A stretch of DNA of 64,000 nt from a virus. Its lineage: Duplodnaviria > Caudoviricetes. Under the pieces are notes generated by a model that did no database searches, was not told the origin of the DNA, and was given only the letters and a program-made list of their open reading frames with translations. Positions 31,201-35,879 of the stretch are shown here, in pieces. The translations under genes were made by a program, and so were the position numbers. Location of the stretch: positions 96,001-160,000 of IMG/VR virus record IMGVR_UViG_3300048881_000698. One strand, written 5' to 3'. How positions within the stretch are numbered: the stretch's first letter is position 1; each line of letters opens with the position of its first letter.

Positions 31201-31645
31201 TATATTCAATGTCGGCTGCAATGGGCAGACCAATATATCCTGCGCCCGCATCTATGCCAGCCCCATCTTTGGTTCCCCAACCTCCGGGTGAAAAAACAGC
31301 ATATCCATTTGTTCGTGGATACTCCTTCTCAAAAAGATATAAATCTAAGTAAGAGGAGCTATTTTCCCATGCTACTTTTTCATAAAGTGAGCCATCATAA
31401 GGATAAGTTTTCCAAATTCTTGTAATGGATTGCTCATAATATTCTTCAGCAGAACCAAATCTTGCAAAATTTTCCGGCTTAGTAAAGTCTATTTTTGGAA
31501 AAACTCTATCTTTCTTTTTTATACGTTCTTCAAGGTAGCGCTTAGATTCTGCCTGTTTACCAACTTCATCCGTACTTGAAATAGGCAAAACTTTTTTGGC
31601 TTTTGTGTCTTGAAAAAGTTCTTTAATTTTGTGATTTTTGCCCAT
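19229..31645 (-). CDS. Giant (4138 aa) virion/baseplate-associated protein with LamG/concanavalin-A-like domains and six inserted modules
   Basis: LamG motifs LTVEFWMK, DNKWHHYALT, LYFDG and GSIDEFRYW; AKTKGTEKSFRNLVRCFG resembles baseplate wedge/tail proteins; located next to baseplate genes. Confidence 0.75.
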   Translation of the reverse strand: MGKNHKIKELFQDTKAKKVLPISSTDEVGKQAESKRYLEERIKKKDRVFPKIDFTKPENFARFGSAEEYYEQSITRIWKTYPYDGSLYEKVAWENSSSYLDLYLFEKEYPRTNGYAVFSPGGWGTKDGAGIDAGAGYIGLPIAADIEYISFEGGPHKDPNNKDIKKIFPDIKHRYSGSYGANVYDKTKHRQSNLQYSASHGLTVEFWMKKEALADDENETAEECIFDLWNGSPSADKHYGRLVVDLLTADTSDTATPLFLFYQSGSVTGSALYTSLTNSEMIDNKWHHYALTLKNSGTAMETELYFDGSFREKQSINDAATATMTLKNDESVAYGTDGSMRFTLVSADGTSVEYAIYRAGPQSTGGTGYGYTHIQLAGYSTISAYTAQFKEAIESANGHAGKLTATISTVTNTNDTITITQVTKGRDGNTAIPAITGADEDALTINEDVGETRFTGGTGIINEVIPAQCSNSGSMLGMLGAFRTITGAEPAGYGKLSGSIDEFRYWKARRNAEEIGRFYRSQVGGGANVDDANTDLGVYFKFNEGITGKTSADERVLDYSGRLSNGYWKGYTSNSRNTGSAIVESSASVTEFKDPIIYPSHPKVKALLEEKTGVGREHDYTNNGAIYRSLPEWITSEDDKNGSELVKLTQIMASYFDTLAVQIKELPNIKEPIYTSGSHEPIPFSNRLLENVGIVTPDLFVNSSVFEEFLDRGEKVLFENSLHKVKNLIYQNIYNNLSYIAKTKGTEKSFRNLVRCFGVDDELINLNIYGNNVSYKFEEKVRYTDTKKKYIDFNHPSRNSACVFQFQDEDITNSISYISGSAGSYEESGGTDDTAVDVVTPFKERGVGITFEYGTLFPKTKSTFSKFAYPYPGLSSSIGGVHSAKRAIQDSTASMKLLSDTITDYGNDGSMRFTLVSADGTSVEYAIYRAGPQSTGGTGYGYTHIQLAGYSTISAYTAQFKEAIESANGHAGKLTTTISTVTNTNDTITVSQMSVAAGSPAANTTIPAVEAGDADALTINGGITATSFGGTYPAQNLGWSKDNLANFQIFAARDKEDSTNVKFILTGSAGGFMPELSSSLFYNVYDNEKWDFAIKIRPENYPWSPGISGSYLETSPTAPAVQPSYNVEFYGVNTAADIKQNSFLLTASLTKVAGDAFLNKSKRIFVGAHRTDFSGTVLQTSDIKVGSARVWMDYLPNNVIDAHARDVLNFGTEHPYESAHLFEAAYVAEDFPADSAGGLVLTSSLGFIPQMDTLALHWDFNQVTGSDSSGEFKVSDFSSGSIHFTTSDGSAVRKQNDFGPIGAITGYRHTGLGYDFPISNTDVADIEYISTARQLLPEHLNSSDMIKVLSSDDIHFESDTRPESFYFAAEKSMYRTVSEEMLNFFATIKDFNNLIGEPQNRYRLSYKRMAKIRHMFFQKVRNTPDLDKYIEYYKWIDEAVNDILEQLFPASAAFSNKLRTVVESHILERNKYANKYPTIEDRNMGLLASAQPEGRIEGNSAWAEAAAKGERGNSAPREEDEKNKFAPAMQGSSKTQANSRAWWRTLGADEIEEQSSGDAAVDESRRRIFNSTKPVHTNTGIRRLNSQFPTPRGQSQYRFRARVATSLRSGDNSAEHTIREFPQSLRPDGTINPPSIQKYITIKAGTSHLAEEDRPYDRARPQFDPSYNILRSGHKTRLLFEIENNADKSSDYGSAKGTLPTIVSIYQHGTGDSDINFGNLHKDFGPTVLNTSLQGHTTQKWSGGSIHRKVDLNIQPKSTGEFDTIRDRPEKFRFEADTQASDLRPFVSATATITITDAGQVLADPGAEDTISVVTTAGDTVTITAHADTNAMSDTTGESLLGTFSAGDTASGGSANNITQAGHIATVLNLHDDLTATNDSSATVTITQKTAGPAGNTDITLGGSEAGPGMTVVNFAGGVVHKDVKIYPPDSNLNGTIDMALPRVFISEDTKRPVSTKYVRLSTGSIEGATTTGNQIGNYQHNYDFLQTSGRTYNNKWLRENYTTAQSASENPSLRLEGTQTDGINIDFSLPVRPKDEFLIVNRFSSPGDFTTMTRGYLDPAAEEYSAYNALPWRYHFQLNSSGTVASSVREWRGATTPFGNTPVTSRADGEKATAIDVLDVSSAGYADAFTVNVPSDASGTGTTVTVIMKNTTSGTPDANEIWYHGAGSSTEPRDRLILAINGTDDSSVAKYGNGADTLTDANVVGVGIKGLTAAVGTATNPITLIASTATADGNDIEVIQTVGSNIVDTDQLTDNKLTGGKEKLKINDYRMNIPVHVVQHVTTSNHVGEDFAGLNVLLARHSGKFGISPLHSPSATATITITDAGQILADPDAEDTISIVTTAGDTVTITAHADTNDMSDTTGESLLGTFSAGDTASGGSANNITQAGHIATVLNLHDDLTATNDSSATVTITQNTGGTAGNTDITLGGSEAGPGMTVVSFTGGGKGAREHDYQTKAAYHKVHRNRLKRLELTSTNDGASYTVVTASTYDNAYVRHSIPRNDLQYAWITASAFLRRDPLGVQSTRLGYDGKVKASLNLGSVATPYVEALTFISRSEVCSFVSADSDLRYWSQPWYQTGEREGSVGGSTFVQRIPVDFAGMNLNIYEPITSSFGADGRNYDTASINTLGFPSMEVSWYDPNFSDVNYLNSVAKSTVDSPSHGWAIYPVYSNTTADSGGEGTILNALILHRQGPYGYPSWKQVRAGDHPVARYNRSKNIIQYIEYEEIKYTQADKDADNRNKSYYVNSFWSNPEKDKNRLNKAMFKTAIKSYISPPITNRYLPMVHTVAGVDENGQVNTMVLKHSYGNLLSYTPYEKLNENLQIVKPGKNKVVYDKLTKSIKNKETGLIKLTYREKIYPKEKFTYLAKTRQRGDYTEVSSSQREKGIWTNKKIGFQRTFWKDAPTARRGGSQQSVTNSLGFIQDMRSSPAPGGTWPHAGEGTPDHDSTFAYMLPSLSIWPLDGGSSPRLNGKEKFNEATYLAGELMALHAPSIYASIEGFRLGTTATPMVAAATASQQYCYPGGLSSQYYTLSTRLVWYRPWDAALHDFYRTDELSGIKPWYNSYEDYAQEIRCMAKDHTIIPEFRISENMSYYIDNGFVVNNKFLTLEGAYPELSASADSEKSDYKDDFFKVYSHSDFMKYYGKISDDHENLTGLTKITLKCHGIKKLLPYQGFYPVLRSVQLGSMFSSSFAPYISGSHAALLSTADTPHGTTGTSHGGQIAAMMQPFFAPGILYNTVKSGVAVDWPMVTSSHLGTQPAAAGYPGYNASYLSGTAADGKLFNWRMPFEALVEPHRHLPLSQSDGAKTMFYAWNRSGSIPRGPWWDYHGINDHKYALAMQNFLGEIPRFFLKDESFKTFASAPQSKFKAMESGSIYYMDVVLKQTHDFVMSEGPRRIQMLQADNKPILWDIRGCLYGPPCQVTPDSTSNSRARFFPDGNNDGTSAKYDASANFSDPAFAPFTPPHFYQDAIARITFSPHSASIMSPGEVRTFSLDEIVASAMVETTFTGSGHSTDDLENKPGIPVVGLYPSAIDVLDVSSAAYADAFTVNVPMKAGGTGTTVTVIMKNTTSGTPDTNEIWYHGAGSGTEPRDRLILAINGTDDSSVAKYGAGVTSGEDWGILGITALTGTSPKISISAWYTNEHGNEIEFIQTVGSNIVDTDQLSSGKLFGGNSNANNGRLCGSGRYISKLLDAAQRDLYPAGRYRMRLSSSMNLFGKTRLKTIEYETDSNGGGESFKPTKATDTGDPAFDVWTISPKFECPTLNFSGSSAKSLVEQRADQGLLTTDQWVNGITASIGTRAMWGGYGEIPSVNSGLWLSLRESFPDKLDEAAITDSVNAGGIVPGTATRSLLKVCGFKPEKERIGELADKKLISEAIVAVPFVIKNSKRHFFTIDKVLFDIAMGTKKQELGKDMLLPGKSIKEMVAKLKNYYLPPHMDFMRQNSTINPFVIYVFEFTHELDKEDLSHIWQNLMPKIARSAIEQEVVVGHNLDSNEFFGGFKIPKDIQWMVFKIKKRAEMSYYNVTADSEDDSRFAFEFKLGGSKKKPDYNYNWPYDFFSLVELADIKAEFEFDPAKSLSLKSKPIALTGDGELFNMPQQPTLPTSDSLPGQTPLINLPEFGASPFGPGVPGSNGGGYPQ
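20633..21058 (-). repeat. Inserted module type C, copy 2 (SAIDVLDVSSA...KLFGG)
   Basis: Long near-identical DNA tracts shared with 24863..25309. Confidence 0.92.
24311..24703 (-). repeat. Inserted module type B, copy 2 (SATATITITDAGQ...SFTGG)
   Basis: 393 bp with about 25 mismatches against 25892..26284 by manual alignment. Confidence 0.95.
24863..25309 (-). repeat. Inserted module type C, copy 1 (ATAIDVLDVSSA...KLTGG)
   Basis: Repeat of 20633..21058 with a divergent internal segment. Confidence 0.92.
25892..26284 (-). repeat. Inserted module type B, copy 1 (SATATITITDAGQ...NFAGG)
   Basis: 393-bp direct repeat of 24311..24703. Confidence 0.95.
28556..28975 (-). repeat. Inserted module type A, copy 2 (...YGNDGSMRFTLVS...SFGG)
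   Basis: Repeat of 30275..30688 and 32809..33222. Confidence 0.95.
30275..30688 (-). repeat. Inserted module type A, copy 1 (ATATMTLK...RFTGG), inside the LamG domain
   Basis: 107-bp perfect match between 30444-30550 and 28731-28837. Confidence 0.95.
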
Positions 31646-31647
31646 TT

Positions 31648-33651
31648 TTACTCAACTCGAAATTTAAATTCTTCAATTTGTTCTGACCAATCGTTGTTAA
31701 CGTAATACGCTAATTTAATTTTATATGCATATCCCTCCTCTAACAGCCCCATATCAAGATCAAAATAACTTCCGGAAACATCATAAGAAAATTGAGTATA
31801 TAACTCATTAGTAGAACTTCCGGTCCCATATGCTACTACATCAAGGTTGTCTATAGCTCTGATCACTTTAAAAGACCCACTTTCGATAGTTACGTTTTGC
31901 GTGGCACTAGATGCTTTGGTGTAAATGTTTGGATTCCAATTTTTCTCCCGCACAAACAATCTAAAAAGTGGTGTTTCAGTTCTAGAATACGTTGACTTTA
32001 AATTTCTTATAGTTGTTGCATACTCAGGACTAGGATTGGTATTCGAAGTAACTACATCCTTTAAATATATTGAACCAGTATGGTATTGAACATATCCAGT
32101 TTGAGTACGTTCTGCAGTGTTGCTCCACACATCATATGCCTCAGTTAGTGAAGATCTAGACCCAGTTAAAGCAAAAGAGGCAGAATAAATTCCAGTAGAA
32201 ACATGGCCGCCTGTAACATATGTTGGGTACCCGACCTGGGAATCGATAGAAGCCGTAACTCCCCCTCCTTGAGGCAGTCTTATTGAAGAAGTGGAAGGTG
32301 AATTATTTCCCACATTGCCAGAATATATCATGACATAAATTGCGCCCGTGCCGACATCAGGGATATTTTGAAGTTTTCCTCTAACATAATTATAAAAATA
32401 AATTGTATTCAGATTATCTACCTGAGGCGCTAGCGAACTACTGTAATAAAAATTATTTCTGTCATCTTTTTTCGCAGAATTCCAACGAGCCTCAATCATC
32501 GGCCGCTTATAAAAAAATTCTGATGTTCTAGAAAAGAACTTTTTTGTATAGTTGGATGATTTAGAGCCAGTGGTATTTTGATATGTAAATGAGTCATCGT
32601 CCGATCTTTCTACCCATGCTTCTAGAGAACTTGTTAAAGCAATAGCAAATCCATTATTTGCATACGTCCCAGCTAACCAATCTTCTACTTGTCTAGTCAC
32701 ATCAACTTCTAAATCTTCAGGCCCTGCATTAAAAGTTACAACCTCCGATAAGCCATATAGATCTTGCTGATTTCTTGCAACTGCTCCGGGAACGGCCCAC
32801 AAGCCATCGCCGCCTGTAAAACTTGTCGCTGTAACTCCTCCGTTGATTGTTAATGCGTCGGCATCGCCGGCCTCAACGGCGGGGATTGTTGTATTTCCAC
32901 CTGTGCCTTTCGAAACTTGCGTGATTGTTATCGTATCGTTTGTGTTGGTGACAGTGCTGATTGTTGTGGTTAGTTTGCCTGCATGCCCATTAGCAGATTC
33001 GATGGCTTCTTTGAATTGTGCCGAATATGCACTAATTGTACTGTAGCCTGCCAATTGAATGTGAGTGTAACCATAACCGGTACCACCTGTACTTTGTGGC
33101 CCAGCTCTGTAAATTGCGTATTCAACAGATGTGCCATCAGTTGATACAAGCGTAAATCGCATTGAACCATCGTTCCCATAATCAGTTATTGTATCTGTTT
33201 TAAGTGTCATTGTTGCCGTAGCTGTATCAAAGTTGCTTGTAGCGTTAACCCAATTTGCACCGGCTATATTATCTTTTGTTTCGTCTCGATAATTTTCCAT
33301 ATCAAGGCCAATCCCCTCCTCCCAATCTGCATCCAAGGGGGTCGCAACCAATTTATAATCACGTGGAACAGTGAAAGCATGTTTACAATTGAACAGGCGC
33401 AGATAAAAACTGACACTTCCACTGGCGGGGATCGTTTCAGCTGTCCGATCAACGGCTATATCCGCTGTTGGGAACTTGACTAAAATTCTTGATAATTCTG
33501 CTGAAGATGATGCAGCTTGACCGTATATAGAAAATACTTCTAATACATCAGAAGCGCCCATATTTGAGCCCGTACCTCTTGTGGTCAAATTTGACTTATA
33601 TGCATTAGTAATGGTTGTGTCAGCATTGGCTATATATCTTTTAATCCCCAC
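31648..33651 (-). CDS. Virion protein with a DNRLRE/CBM96-like N-terminal domain; carries module A copy 3
   Basis: Pattern ADTTI...SNMGASDVLEV...SRILVKF...YLRLF...WEEG...VDVTRQVEDWL...NNGF...FFSR. Confidence 0.6.
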   Translation of the reverse strand: MGIKRYIANADTTITNAYKSNLTTRGTGSNMGASDVLEVFSIYGQAASSSAELSRILVKFPTADIAVDRTAETIPASGSVSFYLRLFNCKHAFTVPRDYKLVATPLDADWEEGIGLDMENYRDETKDNIAGANWVNATSNFDTATATMTLKTDTITDYGNDGSMRFTLVSTDGTSVEYAIYRAGPQSTGGTGYGYTHIQLAGYSTISAYSAQFKEAIESANGHAGKLTTTISTVTNTNDTITITQVSKGTGGNTTIPAVEAGDADALTINGGVTATSFTGGDGLWAVPGAVARNQQDLYGLSEVVTFNAGPEDLEVDVTRQVEDWLAGTYANNGFAIALTSSLEAWVERSDDDSFTYQNTTGSKSSNYTKKFFSRTSEFFYKRPMIEARWNSAKKDDRNNFYYSSSLAPQVDNLNTIYFYNYVRGKLQNIPDVGTGAIYVMIYSGNVGNNSPSTSSIRLPQGGGVTASIDSQVGYPTYVTGGHVSTGIYSASFALTGSRSSLTEAYDVWSNTAERTQTGYVQYHTGSIYLKDVVTSNTNPSPEYATTIRNLKSTYSRTETPLFRLFVREKNWNPNIYTKASSATQNVTIESGSFKVIRAIDNLDVVAYGTGSSTNELYTQFSYDVSGSYFDLDMGLLEEGYAYKIKLAYYVNNDWSEQIEEFKFRVE
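32809..33222 (-). repeat. Inserted module type A, copy 3 (ATATMTLK...SFTGG), in a different gene from copies 1 and 2
   Basis: Near-identical flanking tracts shared with copy 2. Confidence 0.95.
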
Positions 33652-35439
33652 TTATTTTATAACTCCTTTGATATCAACAGAAGGATATTTAAATTCTACT
33701 ATATGATCTTTTGGTATGAGAAGCTGTGTTCCATCTGAAGATATATAAGAATTTATATCCAAATATGCGTCTGAATATTCAGATCCGACTTTATTAACAA
33801 TTCTAACATCAGTGGCATCAATAACTCCTCTAATGGAATTCAAAATCTTATAAATATCTGTAATAGTGATAGGTTCTCCTATTTCTCTTGGCATGCTAAA
33901 CGAGTCTCTTAAAAAACGGTTGCATGAAGAAAGAACATCATACCTGCTAATAGTGTTTTCTGCTTTTATGGCATATTCTATACCCAAGTTCAATATTTTA
34001 GCGTCTAAGATATCAATAGTATCATTTATCATTTTATAGCCGGAAAGCCATATTCTAATATTTTCTTTCAAAGAAGAACTGGAGTTTGTCAGTCTGCCGC
34101 CCTGATCTTCAGAAATAACATGTAAATTTAAATTTCTTCTAAACGAATCTTTATCTTGAGTTATCGCACATCTTTTCACAGCTCCAAACTTAGCTGGCAT
34201 TGCGTATATCAAAGATAGATAATCTTGCCTTGTAACTGCTCTATTTTGTGAAAAATAATGATTCTTTATTCTTTGTTTAAGTTCATATGTGCCTGGTAAT
34301 GTAGTATCTCCAGTGATTGGCTCTTCATTTGTACATTCTAAACTAGCTTCTACGTCGGATATTTTATCTTCATTTAGTTTAGCTGGATTTGCGAATTCAA
34401 AATTTGTTGCAACGGTGATTGATACAGCATCGGTTGAAGCATTAACATTGTCGCTGTCATTTACTCTGTAGACTATGTGTAAGGAAGTGTTCGTAGGAGA
34501 AACTCCAAATTTGTCAGTAGACATCAGCTTTGCAGGATCAAAAGAGCGGTCTGTAACGTGCGTCCTACCATGTACATCTAGAATAATGTCGGAAGGATCC
34601 GCTATTGACTGATTTGTTATTTCAGATTCCGATCCATAACCAAATTGAATATAAGTAAATGTTCTGTCGTGTTCAACAACAAATCTTCTAGGAACAATAA
34701 AGGGCTTAATCAAGCTGGGTACTTTTATTTTGTCTTCGCCTTTGTTTCTTATTGGCAAATAAATAACATTTTGTGAAAGATGTTCAACTTCATAATACTC
34801 ATGACCTTCTGAATCAGTGAGTGAAACAATCTCCGATATTTTGTTATCACCTAATTTAATTTTTTTAAATTTTTCGAAAGCTCCCACAGTTTTTATATTA
34901 GCCCTAATGGTTCCTGATATTACTCTGCCGGCAGATCTAATGGCGTAAGAAGATGGGCTTCCATATTCATTAGTGTTTGCGACAACGATATCAAGATCTT
35001 CATCAGCAAAATCTACATCTTCTATCAAAACAAACGTTGCGCCGTCGCCAGAAGCAAATTGAGATCCTTTTTTAAGAATTGGCATATATTTTGTATCAGG
35101 TGACCCAGAATTATCTGCCGGTACTGTGATAAAAAAGGATAAAACACCTTGAGAAATATTTGTTGATTTAAATTTATATCCAAATTGCTTAGCTAGTTTT
35201 ATAATATTATCATATTCCGTAGCAGTGTCCAAAAAACACTCATTCGCTTGATAATCTAAATAAAAAGATAAGATATCTCCTACATAAGCCACCATGTCAA
35301 CCATCATGGCACCAAATGAAGCTTCGCTAAAGTCTTTAAACGTTTCTGGGTAATATCTTTTAGCATACTCCAACAAGTCATTTTTGATGGAATCAAAATC
35401 TCTACTTGTATATTTTATTGCTGGTATGTTTTTTGGCAT
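33652..35439 (-). CDS. Baseplate wedge subunit (T4 gp6 / baseplate J-like)
   Basis: YTSRDFDSIK...DFSEASFG...AYVGDILSFYLDYQANECFLDTA and QNRAVTRQDY. Confidence 0.88.
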   Translation of the reverse strand: MPKNIPAIKYTSRDFDSIKNDLLEYAKRYYPETFKDFSEASFGAMMVDMVAYVGDILSFYLDYQANECFLDTATEYDNIIKLAKQFGYKFKSTNISQGVLSFFITVPADNSGSPDTKYMPILKKGSQFASGDGATFVLIEDVDFADEDLDIVVANTNEYGSPSSYAIRSAGRVISGTIRANIKTVGAFEKFKKIKLGDNKISEIVSLTDSEGHEYYEVEHLSQNVIYLPIRNKGEDKIKVPSLIKPFIVPRRFVVEHDRTFTYIQFGYGSESEITNQSIADPSDIILDVHGRTHVTDRSFDPAKLMSTDKFGVSPTNTSLHIVYRVNDSDNVNASTDAVSITVATNFEFANPAKLNEDKISDVEASLECTNEEPITGDTTLPGTYELKQRIKNHYFSQNRAVTRQDYLSLIYAMPAKFGAVKRCAITQDKDSFRRNLNLHVISEDQGGRLTNSSSSLKENIRIWLSGYKMINDTIDILDAKILNLGIEYAIKAENTISRYDVLSSCNRFLRDSFSMPREIGEPITITDIYKILNSIRGVIDATDVRIVNKVGSEYSDAYLDINSYISSDGTQLLIPKDHIVEFKYPSVDIKGVIK

Positions 35440-35455
35440 TATTAGCCTCCAAGTT

Positions 35456-35463
35456 TAATTAGT
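35456..35463 (-). promoter_or_regulatory. Candidate late-promoter motif ACTAATTA
   Basis: Intergenic, just upstream of the GGAGG RBS of the gp6-like gene. Confidence 0.5.
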
Positions 35464-35464
35464 T

Positions 35465-35851
35465 TTATTCTATGTTTATATCTAATAAATCTGATTGGTT
35501 AAGAGGTAAAATTCTATACTGAATAGTTAATCTTAGTGAATTTGGAGAAATATCTGGACCAAATTCTGGGCCAATAAAAAAAAGATCTTCTATAACTACA
35601 TGAGGTATGTAAATTTTCACTTGTTGATAAATTTTAGATATTATGTTTTCTCTAGCTTGAGGCACGTCTTGTTCAAAAAGAAGAGACGCAGCGCCAATAC
35701 CAAAAGCGGGATCCATAATTTTTTCGCCAGGATTTGTAAGAATTAGATTTTTAAAGTTTTGTTTTGTAACTTCTAAAAAAGTTTTATTTAATGCATAATG
35801 GCCGTCTTCATCACTTGTGTGTAGTGGTAATTTCACTGATATTCCTGACAT
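35465..35851 (-). CDS. Baseplate wedge subunit, gp25/GPW-like
   Basis: KQNFKNLILTNPGEKIMDPAFGIG...LFE. Confidence 0.88.
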   Translation of the reverse strand: MSGISVKLPLHTSDEDGHYALNKTFLEVTKQNFKNLILTNPGEKIMDPAFGIGAASLLFEQDVPQARENIISKIYQQVKIYIPHVVIEDLFFIGPEFGPDISPNSLRLTIQYRILPLNQSDLLDINIE

Positions 35852-35879
35852 TCATTTTTATCCTTCTGTGTGTTCTTCA

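Noticed and set aside
20633-33222. Repeats as diversity-generating retroelement TR/VR pairs
   Set aside because: Differences are mostly synonymous and not adenine-specific, all copies are coding and internal, and there is no reverse transcriptase in the window.
7380-33222. Inserted modules as inteins, introns or IS/MITEs
   Set aside because: There are no Cys/Ser...His-Asn splice termini or endonuclease motifs, the frame is open, and no terminal inverted repeats, target-site duplications or transposase were seen.
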